Part shown: positions 39,875 to 49,466 of the stretch, piece by piece
Position numbering within the stretch: the stretch's first letter is position 1
Layout: every line of letters begins with the position of its first letter
Made by a program: the position numbers and the translations under genes
Notes under the pieces: generated by a model
Database searches by the model: none
The model's input: only the letters and a program-made list of their open reading frames with translations
What the model was told of the DNA's origin: nothing
Assembly: GCA_045534225.1 (NCBI GenBank)
Contig: JAZSJJ010000009.1
Span: forward strand, 7,543 to 71,542
DNA length: 64,000 nt
Reading direction: 5' to 3'
From: Clostridia bacterium
GTDB lineage: Bacteria; Bacillota; Clostridia; TANB77; CAG-465

Positions 39875-40540
39875 TTAGTTATATAATATTTTTATTCTTT
39901 TTACTGTGTAGTCTATTTTTCTATCTACAAATTCCATAAAGCCATCCATAATATAATGCGGATTAAACATATATTCTGTATCTTTAGAAACAGTTACTCT
40001 TGTAGCATCGTTTATTTGTATGTCCCAACTCATTATTGCTGGTTTAATATCTATTCTTTCACTTCTGTCTAGCGATTTAACTAATACTAAAATATTAGGT
40101 TCAGATAAATATGTTTTCATTTGGTATCTGTACCACGCTCTTAAATCGTCATATTCACGATTTGTCATTTTAGAAACATCCCCGAGTTTTGGTGTTATTT
40201 CATATGTTACTGCGTATGCGCTTTTATCTATTTGTGGTTCAAAATCTCCAATCTGTTCCACAGTAAGCACAACTATTCCCGATGGCAATTCTCTGTTTAA
40301 GCTCTTTACAATGTATGTAACATCTATTGGTTCTTTAAGCACAACATCGCAAATCTCCGCTGTACTTTCAATACCTAAAGCAATGTTGTCTGCGAATGTA
40401 ATATCCGGAATATTGTCCTTTGTATATGCAACATACACACCAGCTCTTATCATAGCAGATTCAAGTATTCTTCTTAATTCACTAGATGGTATATATATTG
40501 CTTCTTTAGATTTTGTATAAGTTATTCTTACAATATACAT
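39875..40540 (-). CDS. TIGR03936/DUF2344 radical-SAM-linked family protein (divergent)
   Basis: ITYTK...YI...RAG...ALGIESTAEICD pattern; RBS AAGGAG before ATG 40540. Confidence 0.65.
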   Translation of the reverse strand: MYIVRITYTKSKEAIYIPSSELRRILESAMIRAGVYVAYTKDNIPDITFADNIALGIESTAEICDVVLKEPIDVTYIVKSLNRELPSGIVVLTVEQIGDFEPQIDKSAYAVTYEITPKLGDVSKMTNREYDDLRAWYRYQMKTYLSEPNILVLVKSLDRSERIDIKPAIMSWDIQINDATRVTVSKDTEYMFNPHYIMDGFMEFVDRKIDYTVKRIKILYN

Positions 40541-40658
40541 GACTTTCTCCTTATATCTCGAAATTATATCACAAAGCACGCTAAATCTCAACATTTAGAG
40601 TACATTTAACAAAAGAAAAAAGACATACATTTTCACGTATATCTTTTGTTCATCATTA

Positions 40659-42167
40659 TTATTTCTTTGTTTCCTTTTTTGCTGGTGCTTTTTTAGTTGT
40701 TGCCGCAGCTTTTTTAGTAGTCGTAGTTTTCTTAGCTGGGGCTTTTTTAGCAACTGGCTTCTTTACTTCTTTTTTAGGTTCTACTTTAGCTTTAGATTCC
40801 ACTTTTTTAGCAGCCGACTTTTTAGTTGTTGTGGAAGTTTTTTTAGTAGTTGTAGTTTTCTTAGCTGGGGCTTTTTTTGTTTCTTTCTTCGCTTCAACTT
40901 TTTCTACTGTCTTTTCTTCCTTTTTAGGCTCTGCTTTTACTTCTTTTTTTACTGGTTTATTAGCTTTATCATAAACTTGTTTTAATTGAGTATCTGTTAC
41001 ATTTTCTTGAGATATGTACATTCTAAATAGATTATTACCTAAAATTCTTCTTACAGTATCTTTAACCTCTTCTTTATTTAGTTTATCATCTTTTAGTTTA
41101 AGAACTACATTATATACAAATGCATTCTTTTTGTTTTTATACATTTCTATTTCTCTGCCAAGCCAAACTTTTTCTACTGAAGGGATAGTCTCAAAATATT
41201 CGTTTATATCTTTTTCTATCTCTGTCATCTCTTCAGAAGGTGCATAAGAACCTTGTAACACAGTTACATCTTTTAACAATTCGTTATGTTCTTTTATTGC
41301 ATTATAGTAGTATATATCACTTGCTGGTAAATCTAATGCTACATCTCCTATTATTTTTAATCCAGTTATAGCACCATGAGCCGCATCCATCATTGTAACA
41401 TAATCGCTAAAATCAAAAACAGATACATAAGTTTTTTCTAAATCTGCTTCTAAATCATTAACTATTCTATCTGCATCTACAAATAAATAATATTTTCCTT
41501 TTACTCCGTCTTCTGTTATAAATACAACTCTATCTTTATTTACGATGTAGTTTCCAATACTATCAGTTTCACCTGTTGGGAATACTGGAGTATAGAATTT
41601 TGCATGATTAACAAATTCATCTAAGAATTTATTTAATAATTCTTCTCTTTTTTCTTCAGATTCTTCTTTTTGTGCATCTAGATATACTTCTAATAATTTC
41701 TTACTAGTAACTTGTGTATTAACTTCTGCTAAACTCATAGCTCTGCATTTAAAGTCAGCATCAACATCTAAATGTAATGGATAGCTTGCATCTGCATAAT
41801 ATTTTTCCCTATATAATTTAGAAATTTGTGGCGCTGTCAATGTTAAAGATTCCGAACTTGGATTAATTAATATATATCCAACGTTATTTACATTAACATT
41901 TTCATAAATATCATCAAAAGACATTTCTGTAATATCATATTTTTCTTTAACTTCAGGATCAATATCTACATCATGTGTATAAACACATAATACAGTAGTT
42001 CCAGTTTCAGATTGTAATAATCTTAATGCATTGCCTTTATTATATTTTTTTGTTGCAACATAGAATTTAGTATCAAATACCATTGTTCTTAATAATACGT
42101 TTTCGTTGTCCAAATTTGGACTTGCTGAATATACAGCACATAGTTCCTTAAAATCTTTTGTTTTCAT
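40659..42167 (-). CDS. SseB-family protein with Lys/Ala/Thr-rich histone-H1-like tail
   Basis: Two SseB-like segments (YILINPSSESLTL; F.PV), SseB_C-like PSVEKVWLG, and about 100-aa KKAPAKKTTTTKK tail. Confidence 0.65.
   Translation of the reverse strand: MKTKDFKELCAVYSASPNLDNENVLLRTMVFDTKFYVATKKYNKGNALRLLQSETGTTVLCVYTHDVDIDPEVKEKYDITEMSFDDIYENVNVNNVGYILINPSSESLTLTAPQISKLYREKYYADASYPLHLDVDADFKCRAMSLAEVNTQVTSKKLLEVYLDAQKEESEEKREELLNKFLDEFVNHAKFYTPVFPTGETDSIGNYIVNKDRVVFITEDGVKGKYYLFVDADRIVNDLEADLEKTYVSVFDFSDYVTMMDAAHGAITGLKIIGDVALDLPASDIYYYNAIKEHNELLKDVTVLQGSYAPSEEMTEIEKDINEYFETIPSVEKVWLGREIEMYKNKKNAFVYNVVLKLKDDKLNKEEVKDTVRRILGNNLFRMYISQENVTDTQLKQVYDKANKPVKKEVKAEPKKEEKTVEKVEAKKETKKAPAKKTTTTKKTSTTTKKSAAKKVESKAKVEPKKEVKKPVAKKAPAKKTTTTKKAAATTKKAPAKKETKK
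40712..40880 (-). repeat. Imperfect ~40-bp direct repeat encoding KKAPAKKTTTTKK
   Basis: TTTTAGTAGT(C/T)GTAGTTTTCTTAGCTGGGGCTTTTTT occurs twice (about 40713-40749 and 40841-40877). Confidence 0.8.
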
Positions 42168-42267
42168 ATTTCCGCTCCTTATAATTACTTTCATTCTATA
42201 ACATAATAAAAATTTTTTCAACACTATTTTGCAAGTATTTTTAGATATTTTTATTTTCTTTTTCCAC

Positions 42268-42337
42268 TTGATTTATGTAAACAAGTATGGTATAATATAC
42301 GCAGGTCAATTTTCAAGCCACAAAAATTTTTGGAGGT
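42268..42337 (+). promoter_or_regulatory. Sigma-A promoter plus conserved leader/RBS motif (copy 1)
   Basis: TTGATT-17-TG-ext TATAAT (42268-42296), then CCACAAAAATTTTTGGAGGT (42318-42337). Confidence 0.75.
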
Positions 42338-42343
42338 ATAAGC

Positions 42344-43168
42344 ATGAGTAATTTTGAAAAAATTTTACCGGAAGCATGTTATCCTCTCGCTAACATGACT
42401 TTCAAAGACGTTGAAAAAGCATTTAAAGAGAACATGACCGTTGTAGGTTACGTAGAAGCAATTAGCCAAGCAAACCAAACCCTTTCTATCCGGTTAGGCG
42501 ATGAAGTTGTCGCCTATTTGCCTTTTGACGAGGCAACAATGTATCCTTTGACATATTCCCAAAACAATCCGGAATTTCCCTTTCCTCTCCAGGTAGGATG
42601 TCTTAAGGAAAAAAATATCTGTGCGAAAATTAAAAACATTAAAGGTCACAGAATTACATTGTCTAGAAAGGATAACATGCTTGAAGTCCTAGAGCTCATT
42701 AGGGATGCAACCACGCTCCCGTTTAATGTCACAGCCACCAGAACTAAAATTGTATTTGGTGATGTAGGTCAAGGAGTTCAAGCAAGAATCAGCGTTCCTG
42801 ATCTTTGCAAAGCACGAATTCGTTCAACTGCTGAAATTTGCAAGAAAGGAGATTCTTTCTTTGTAAAGGTGATAAACTTGGACGATCTCGGTCGCTTTAA
42901 CGTATCGTACAAAGATACATTCCCGGAATACAATCCTGAGTCATACACTCCCGGCGAAATGATAACCGGCGTAATCAACGAGCCCGTTGATTCTAATTTT
43001 TCAGGTTTCTTCGTGAATGTGTCCCCGCAAGTAGCAGGTATTTTGGATTACCAGACCTGGCATCCTATTCTGCACTATGGTGATACCGTTGAATGTGTTA
43101 TTTCTAGCGCATCTAAAAAAGGACTTCATTTGAAACTTTCAAAGGTAGTCTCAAAACAACCAAGATAA
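42344..43168 (+). CDS. Divergent three-S1-domain RNA-binding protein
   Basis: LSRK, VFGDVGQGVQARI, NVSYKD, PGEMITGVI, GFFVNVSPQVAGI align by eye with the clostridial 3xS1 protein family. Confidence 0.7.
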   Translation: MSNFEKILPEACYPLANMTFKDVEKAFKENMTVVGYVEAISQANQTLSIRLGDEVVAYLPFDEATMYPLTYSQNNPEFPFPLQVGCLKEKNICAKIKNIKGHRITLSRKDNMLEVLELIRDATTLPFNVTATRTKIVFGDVGQGVQARISVPDLCKARIRSTAEICKKGDSFFVKVINLDDLGRFNVSYKDTFPEYNPESYTPGEMITGVINEPVDSNFSGFFVNVSPQVAGILDYQTWHPILHYGDTVECVISSASKKGLHLKLSKVVSKQPR

Positions 43169-43169
43169 T

Positions 43170-43197
43170 GAAAAGCCCCGACAAACGGGGCTTTTTC
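43170..43197 (+). terminator. Intrinsic terminator of the S1 gene (bidirectional)
   Basis: GAAAAGCCCCG-ACAAA-CGGGGCTTTTTC. Confidence 0.85.
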
Positions 43198-43229
43198 ATT
43201 TTTTCTTTTCATTTATATAGTTTATATTT

Positions 43230-44456
43230 TTACCATCTATTTTCTCTAAACAAATACATGTCCTTTATATGATACTTTTTAGAAACATCCTTTAACATTT
43301 TTGCGCCTATCATAGATTGAACTATTCCATTACAGCCAACACTTAAATTTAAATATACATTAGGTTTATCTTCTATTTCATCTATTATTGGTAAATTGTC
43401 TTTTGTCTCAATATACATTCCATAAAAGCACTTGTCTATCTTAGGAGCTTCTACCAATGGTATCATTCTATTTAATGCATAATATAGTTTTTTGTACTTA
43501 CCTTTTTCTAGATAGTTAAAATATTTTTTATCCTTCATTCTATCCGTTTCTTTTGTAATCTCTCCACTTAAAATAATCCTTTTATCTTCTGTAAAAGTAA
43601 CAATGCTACTTCCACTATTTATGTTTTTTGCAATTACAGCTGTAGCGTTTACATCTAATGTTTTAACTGGTTCTGTGACTATAGTAAATATCTTGTATAT
43701 ATCCAAATCTTTATTTTCTATGTAATTTAAAGTGTGTATACCTGTAGTTAATATTACACATTTAGAATATATCTTAAACCTATTACTTGTTACACTCTCT
43801 ACTCTATCCTCTGTTGGATTTATTTTTTCGACAAATGTATTTTCATATATTTCTACATTTTCTTTTTTAGATAAATACATATATATTAAACATGTTAAGA
43901 CATATGGATTTAATACTACACCATATTTAGGTATTAATATACCACATCTTAAATTAAGAATAGGATCTTCTTCTAAGTATTCTATCTTGTTATTCTTAGC
44001 GCCTAACTTTTCAAATTGTTTATACATAAAATATTTGTTAGTAACTTTGTTTGTATAATACATCAAATCCATTTGCTTTAGTCCAAGTTCAGCTATATAT
44101 TTTTTGCAATCTTCATCTTCAGATATTTCGCTAATTATATTCAAAATATCCTCTACTGCGATAGAACATAATTTATTATATTTCTCTATTTTCTTTTCAT
44201 CCGTCTCTTTTGCTTTCAAATCCATACATTTAAGCAGTGTACCATCTGTTTTAAGCGTTGTCCCATATCCTAATATATTTTTATCCACAACAATAACATT
44301 TGCACCAGATTTAGCTTGCATATATGCCGTGAGAGCTCCGCCGATTCCTCCGCCTATTACTAGCGTGTCGCATTTTCTATCTTTTGCTAGATATTCATAC
44401 TTTTTAATAATTCCTGTTTTGCTGTTCCAAAGAAAGTTCCCTTCTTTTATATTCAT
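43230..44456 (-). CDS. FAD-dependent oxidoreductase, DAO/YhfW-like
   Basis: LVIGGGIGG dinucleotide-binding motif, TKDNLPII, GCNGI; RBS GAGGTGG before ATG 44456. Confidence 0.8.
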   Translation of the reverse strand: MNIKEGNFLWNSKTGIIKKYEYLAKDRKCDTLVIGGGIGGALTAYMQAKSGANVIVVDKNILGYGTTLKTDGTLLKCMDLKAKETDEKKIEKYNKLCSIAVEDILNIISEISEDEDCKKYIAELGLKQMDLMYYTNKVTNKYFMYKQFEKLGAKNNKIEYLEEDPILNLRCGILIPKYGVVLNPYVLTCLIYMYLSKKENVEIYENTFVEKINPTEDRVESVTSNRFKIYSKCVILTTGIHTLNYIENKDLDIYKIFTIVTEPVKTLDVNATAVIAKNINSGSSIVTFTEDKRIILSGEITKETDRMKDKKYFNYLEKGKYKKLYYALNRMIPLVEAPKIDKCFYGMYIETKDNLPIIDEIEDKPNVYLNLSVGCNGIVQSMIGAKMLKDVSKKYHIKDMYLFRENRW

Positions 44457-44519
44457 TTGTTCCACCTCATGTATATTATTTGAGACAAAATAAAATATAT
44501 ACATTTTTTAGAAATTTAG

Positions 44520-44548
44520 TTCTAAAAATACAAGCTTGTACATAAATA
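44520..44548 (+). promoter_or_regulatory. Possible sigma-E promoter of SH3-CAP gene
   Basis: TTCTAAA-14 nt-CATAAATA followed by GGAGGT RBS. Confidence 0.45.
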
Positions 44549-44567
44549 TATATTGGAGGTAATTTAC

Positions 44568-45539
44568 ATGGAAAAACTAAAGAAAATATTTTTAGCTACA
44601 ATCATACTATTTTTTCTTAGCGTAACGTTATTAATCACAAAAGTTTCTGCAATATCTGTTACAAACTATGCGCCTAAATATGGCACTGTAACAACAACTG
44701 TAAATTTTAGAGCTACTGCTTCTACTAAAAAAGGAAAACTTGGAACATTAAAGAAAAACACATCTGTTAAAATACTGGCTACAACTGGCGAATTTTACGT
44801 TGTGCAAACTAGTAACAATGAGATTGGGGTGGTTAGCAAAAGCTACGTTAAAACAAGTTCTAGCGCGCCTAAAGGGGCAAAAACTTATACAATGGTTACT
44901 AAAAAAGTGGGAACTACAACTGGAAACATTGTTTTACGCGGTGGTCCTGGAACAAACTTTTCTAAACGAATGACTTTAGATAAAGGAACAAAAGTGACCG
45001 TTGTTGGTTACATATCTAATTGGTATGTAGTTATAACTGATGGTGGAAATGTAGGGTGCATTAGAAAAGATCTTCTAAAAACATCTAATGTAACAGCCAG
45101 CAACACAAACACTTCATCTAACACTAATACTACCACTACTACAACCAAAGTTTCTATGAGCGAAAACGAACAAATTATTTTTAACTTAATAAACAACGCT
45201 AGAACTAAAAAAGGATTAAGCAAATTAACCGCTGGTGTAAGTTTAACCAAACTTGCAGGATTAAAATCTGATGATATGGTAAATAAAGAATATTTCTCTC
45301 ATACTTCCCCAACATATGGTGATCCGTTTAAGATGCTTACTAATAACAAAGTAGAATACAAAGTAGCAGGTGAAAACATTGCAGGTAATCCTAGTTTAGA
45401 AGATGCCGTAAACTCGTGGTTAAACTCTGAAACTCATAAGGCTAATATTCTTTCTAATTCCTACAACTATGTTGGAGTTGGTGTAACTAAAAGTGATATA
45501 TATGGTTATGTTATATCTGTAATGTTTATAGGGCAATAA
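44568..45539 (+). CDS. Secreted SH3b x2 + CAP (SCP/YkwD-like) domain protein
   Basis: Signal peptide; VNFR..ST and LRGGPGTN SH3b repeats; Thr-rich linker; CAP motifs YFSHTSPTYG, AGENIA, SETHKANIL, VGVGV. Confidence 0.88.
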   Translation: MEKLKKIFLATIILFFLSVTLLITKVSAISVTNYAPKYGTVTTTVNFRATASTKKGKLGTLKKNTSVKILATTGEFYVVQTSNNEIGVVSKSYVKTSSSAPKGAKTYTMVTKKVGTTTGNIVLRGGPGTNFSKRMTLDKGTKVTVVGYISNWYVVITDGGNVGCIRKDLLKTSNVTASNTNTSSNTNTTTTTTKVSMSENEQIIFNLINNARTKKGLSKLTAGVSLTKLAGLKSDDMVNKEYFSHTSPTYGDPFKMLTNNKVEYKVAGENIAGNPSLEDAVNSWLNSETHKANILSNSYNYVGVGVTKSDIYGYVISVMFIGQ

Positions 45540-45574
45540 AGAAGTTCACTGGTTTTGTTCCAGTGAACTTTCTT
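45540..45574. terminator. Bidirectional terminator
   Basis: AGAAGTTCACTGG-TTTTGTT-CCAGTGAACTT-TCT hairpin. Confidence 0.75.
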
Positions 45575-45709
45575 TTATATATGAAACTTAGCTAAAATTA
45601 TTCTTCCGAATTTCTTTGTGTTTAGAAACAATTTAACATTCTCTTTTATTCCCGCTTTTATTGCTCCTCTTACAGCTTTAGCTACCTTTCTTTTATCCTT
45701 CTTTTTCAT
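45575..45709 (-). CDS. Possible 44-aa basic small protein
   Basis: Manual read: MKKKDKRKVAKAVRGAIKAGIKENVKLFLNTKKFGRIILAKFHI; exactly fills gap between the acyltransferase stop and the terminator, but no clear RBS. Confidence 0.35.
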   Translation of the reverse strand: MKKKDKRKVAKAVRGAIKAGIKENVKLFLNTKKFGRIILAKFHI

Positions 45710-45716
45710 TTTTATA

Positions 45717-47003
45717 TTAGTCGGATACATCTACCAAATCATTCCCTTCTATCCTTACAGATATATTTCTTTCTTTTAATAATTCCTTAAATTTATTTTC
45801 TACTAGATTTTCTTTAAGTATAGTTGAAAATGTAACAACTATATCGTTTTCATAAGATACTATACCACATTTAATCTTTTCTGCCCAATCCGGTGAAAGT
45901 ATTACAAAATATCCTTTTATATATTCTTTGTAATCCCCCTCTACATTTACAACGCCTATGTTAGAAAAAGAAGTAGTAAACTTTCTTTTAACTTGCATAG
46001 AACCTATTCTAAACGCTAGTTTCTTAAGAACTAATGGTACTATTCTTACAAATATATTATTTGTACTTCCCGCATCTTTTGTTATTGTAGAAAGTATTTT
46101 ATCTAGTATTAATTTCTTTTCAAATTCCTTTTTTACAAGAATTAATATATCATCAAAAGTATATACCTTTTCTTCTTTTAGTGCAACGCTTACTTGCATA
46201 TATGAAAAGAAATTAGATATTGTTTCTGTTTTAATATATTTTTTAAGATTAATAGGAACAGAAATATTTATCGGTCTTTTACCATTATATATTCTGTAAT
46301 TTGTTTCATATATTGAATAAGCTATTAAAGATACTAGATATTCTGAAAGGCTACATCCAACACTTCTTGCATACTCTTTTAATTCTTTTAGATTAATAAT
46401 TTCATGAGTTATGCCATATTCTCCTTTTTCTAATTCTTCGCCTTGAAGCATATATGCTTTTTTTATTTTTTTCGTTTTTACTCTTTTCTTTACATAGCTT
46501 TTCTTATATGCATCTTCTGTGTCTTCAGACATCTTTCTAAATTCTTTTTTGTGTTCAGAAATTTTATCTGGATATTTCATTTCAAGATATCTATATACTA
46601 CTTCATTTAAGAATAATATGGCGCCATTACCATCTGTTAAAGCATGAAACACTTCTAGATTAATTTTGTTATGAAAATATGTAATCTTAAACAGGTATTC
46701 ATTATTAGCTTTATCATTTACCTTCTTAAATGGATAGTCTACTTCTTCTGACACAACTGGCATTAATTCATTTTCTTCAAAATAATACCAAAACAAGCCA
46801 GATTTTAGCTTTACCTTGAAAGCTCTATACTTCTTAATAGCAAGTTCAACAGATTGTTGCAACAAATCTTTATCTATATTTTCATTGAGTAAAACGGATA
46901 ATCTATATATTGAACTATACTTTTTATTTGAAGCTAAAGTAAACACCTTTGCTTGATCGTCTAATTTTCTCCAATATGCCTTTTTTATTATTTTTTTCTT
47001 CAT
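45717..47003 (-). CDS. Condensation/alcohol-acetyltransferase-fold acyltransferase
   Basis: WRKLDD, GLFWYYFE, FHALTDGNG (HxxxDG), TISNFF, FSNIG. Confidence 0.75.
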   Translation of the reverse strand: MKKKIIKKAYWRKLDDQAKVFTLASNKKYSSIYRLSVLLNENIDKDLLQQSVELAIKKYRAFKVKLKSGLFWYYFEENELMPVVSEEVDYPFKKVNDKANNEYLFKITYFHNKINLEVFHALTDGNGAILFLNEVVYRYLEMKYPDKISEHKKEFRKMSEDTEDAYKKSYVKKRVKTKKIKKAYMLQGEELEKGEYGITHEIINLKELKEYARSVGCSLSEYLVSLIAYSIYETNYRIYNGKRPINISVPINLKKYIKTETISNFFSYMQVSVALKEEKVYTFDDILILVKKEFEKKLILDKILSTITKDAGSTNNIFVRIVPLVLKKLAFRIGSMQVKRKFTTSFSNIGVVNVEGDYKEYIKGYFVILSPDWAEKIKCGIVSYENDIVVTFSTILKENLVENKFKELLKERNISVRIEGNDLVDVSD

Positions 47004-47050
47004 TATTATATTACTTTTATTCCCTTTAATGCGAGTATTATATAATAAAA

Positions 47051-47083
47051 AAACATAATTAGCAACTGGTGCTAATTATGTTT
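47051..47083 (-). terminator. Terminator after ruvC
   Basis: AAACATAATTAGCA-ACTGG-TGCTAATTATGTTT. Confidence 0.7.
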
Positions 47084-47095
47084 ATCATTTATTTT

Positions 47096-47602
47096 TTATT
47101 TCTTCCTTATTTCTTTTTCTATATAACTGTTATACTTATTACTATTTGCGTGACATATTGCTATTGCTAAAGCGTCTGTAGTATCGTCAATTTTAGGCAT
47201 TTTATCTAGTTTTAATATATCTTTTACCATATATTCTACCTGATCTTTTTTTGCTCTTCCGTACCCAACTAACGCTTGCTTTACTTGAAGTGGTGTATAT
47301 TCACTTATCTTTATACCATGCTTTTCTAACGTACAAAGGACAACACCTCTTGCTTCTGCAACTTGTATACCTGTTGTTATGTTTTGGTTGAAAAATAAAT
47401 CTTCTATTGATGCTTCATCTATTTTATTTCTAGATAAAACTTCTTCTAAATCTTCTTCTATTTTCTTAAGTCTTAAAGATAATCTTTCTTTAGCAGGAGT
47501 AGTAATACATCCATATTCTACTGTTCTAAACTTATTATTTCTATATTCTATTATTCCATAACCTAGTCTTCCAAACCCAGGATCTATTCCTAATATGTAC
47601 AT
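47096..47602 (-). CDS. ruvC: Holliday junction resolvase
   Basis: ILGIDPG, IEDLFF, ARGV, GYGRAKKDQV, DDTTDALAIA. Confidence 0.95.
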   Translation of the reverse strand: MYILGIDPGFGRLGYGIIEYRNNKFRTVEYGCITTPAKERLSLRLKKIEEDLEEVLSRNKIDEASIEDLFFNQNITTGIQVAEARGVVLCTLEKHGIKISEYTPLQVKQALVGYGRAKKDQVEYMVKDILKLDKMPKIDDTTDALAIAICHANSNKYNSYIEKEIRKK

Positions 47603-47622
47603 TTACTCTCCTCCTTTTTTTC

Positions 47623-49449
47623 TTAAGTTAACATATCAAAAGCACGAATAAGCTCTGCATTTGTCATGGCAGAAACTGTATTACCAATAGCCTTTTTAGT
47701 CTTTTCATTATATTTATATTTAACCGTTCCAACTGTATTTTTACCTATCTCTTGGAATGCATCTTTAACTAGATTATATGCTAGTTTTTGGCTTGCACGT
47801 GTTACACCCATTTGTCTTAAATTTGCTTTTAAGAAATGTACTAATAAATGTGGATAAACATACCCATCATATCTTGGTGAATTTATTTCACCAAGTCTCA
47901 TTCCTAAAGCTGTATATAGCTTCTTAAATGTAGTATCCATAAGTTTCATGCTTACGTTGCCATCATGTATTACCTTGTATGATAAACTAAGTGCAAAAAG
48001 CATATCTACTGTTGCATAAGATTCTGCGTCTTTTTCATATTTAAGAACTGCTTTTTCTTCATCCCAAAATTCTTCTACAATTTTGTATTTTACATTTTCC
48101 GAAACATTATATATGTATTCTGAGTTTTCTCCAAACTTATCTGCTAAGTCTACATATATTCTAAGTGCATTATACCACAAAGCATTTAACTTGATATATT
48201 TCTTTCCATCTACAACTAATAGGTTGTCTTTCTCGTCCGCATACATATTTTCTAATCTTCTATTTAATAATTCATATATATTATCTCTAATAAACGAATA
48301 AAAGTCTTTTATTTCCTCTTTAGGCGACTCTGTAATAGCAACATATCTATTTAATGCTTCTATATATAATAGTATGGCTTCACATCTATCTATATCTTCT
48401 AATTTGTATGTTGTATCTTTTAGCTTTATCATCATACTTTCAAGAATCTTGTGTGCTTCTTTATATCTTCCAAGCAACAGATAATTTCCTTCTATAGAAA
48501 CTATCATATTCTTTACATATTCTTTAGAATCATAAATTGGTGGCATAGATTCTAAGAGTACAAATTGTCTTTTTTCTTTATCTATATATTGCAGCGAATA
48601 TGCTGTTTTAGCTAAAGATTTAAGTTCATAATACATTTCATCAATTGAATGATAACGCATATCATCTCTATCTTTAATGTCCATTTCCATATTCATAGAT
48701 TCACACATTTGTACGTTTATATCTTCCGTAGACACAAATACTAAAAATGTTGATGTATTCATATTCTTAACGTGTGCTTCAAATACACCAGGTATAAACA
48801 AATCTTCTACATATGTTTTAATATTTCCAAAACCATCTTCGTAGTCTGAGTTTACTCCAGATAAATATGTTTCTTTTTTATCATAACGCATATTAGGAGA
48901 TTTAATATATAGATTTAATCTATCCGTAATACTTAAAGCTACTTTTGCTGCTGTCGGTGCATACTGACTAGTAAACTTCATATCACTCTTACGTTTAAGT
49001 GTAACTAATGATCTTTTAGTCACACATGGCATTGCAAAGAATTTTACCATCTTTCCAGTATTATTTGTTACTGCATAATCTATGCATAAAAGCTTGCTGT
49101 TTGGATCTAGTTTATATTTTTTAACTATTCTACAACCATGTATATTGTATGTATATGTTGGTACTGGTTCATTTGTAAATTCTTCTAAGTACTCTACTCC
49201 GCCATAATTTTCTTCACTAGTCTTAACATCCATTATGTCATATCTTTCATGGTCTATTATTACGTATTCTATCATTTTAGATAAGTATATATCGTTACCT
49301 TTTGGTGTTTGGTTTATATATAAACCATGATAGGGTGCAAAATTTGCACCCGTAACTGAAGTATTTATATATATTCCTTGATTGTTTGATTCTACGTATT
49401 CTACCCTTGTGTCATCAGTCAAGGTTTTATTTGTTCTTTTATATATCAT
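47623..49449 (-). CDS. Glycogen-debranching-enzyme-like (amylo-alpha-1,6-glucosidase fold) protein with degenerate active site
   Basis: GDE N-domain (YHGL, YLSKM, PVPTYTY, EDLFIPG) and NALWYNAL, YPHLL, TNAEL remnants of the catalytic domain. Confidence 0.75.
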   Translation of the reverse strand: MIYKRTNKTLTDDTRVEYVESNNQGIYINTSVTGANFAPYHGLYINQTPKGNDIYLSKMIEYVIIDHERYDIMDVKTSEENYGGVEYLEEFTNEPVPTYTYNIHGCRIVKKYKLDPNSKLLCIDYAVTNNTGKMVKFFAMPCVTKRSLVTLKRKSDMKFTSQYAPTAAKVALSITDRLNLYIKSPNMRYDKKETYLSGVNSDYEDGFGNIKTYVEDLFIPGVFEAHVKNMNTSTFLVFVSTEDINVQMCESMNMEMDIKDRDDMRYHSIDEMYYELKSLAKTAYSLQYIDKEKRQFVLLESMPPIYDSKEYVKNMIVSIEGNYLLLGRYKEAHKILESMMIKLKDTTYKLEDIDRCEAILLYIEALNRYVAITESPKEEIKDFYSFIRDNIYELLNRRLENMYADEKDNLLVVDGKKYIKLNALWYNALRIYVDLADKFGENSEYIYNVSENVKYKIVEEFWDEEKAVLKYEKDAESYATVDMLFALSLSYKVIHDGNVSMKLMDTTFKKLYTALGMRLGEINSPRYDGYVYPHLLVHFLKANLRQMGVTRASQKLAYNLVKDAFQEIGKNTVGTVKYKYNEKTKKAIGNTVSAMTNAELIRAFDMLT

Positions 49450-49466
49450 GTAATTTTCCTCTCATT

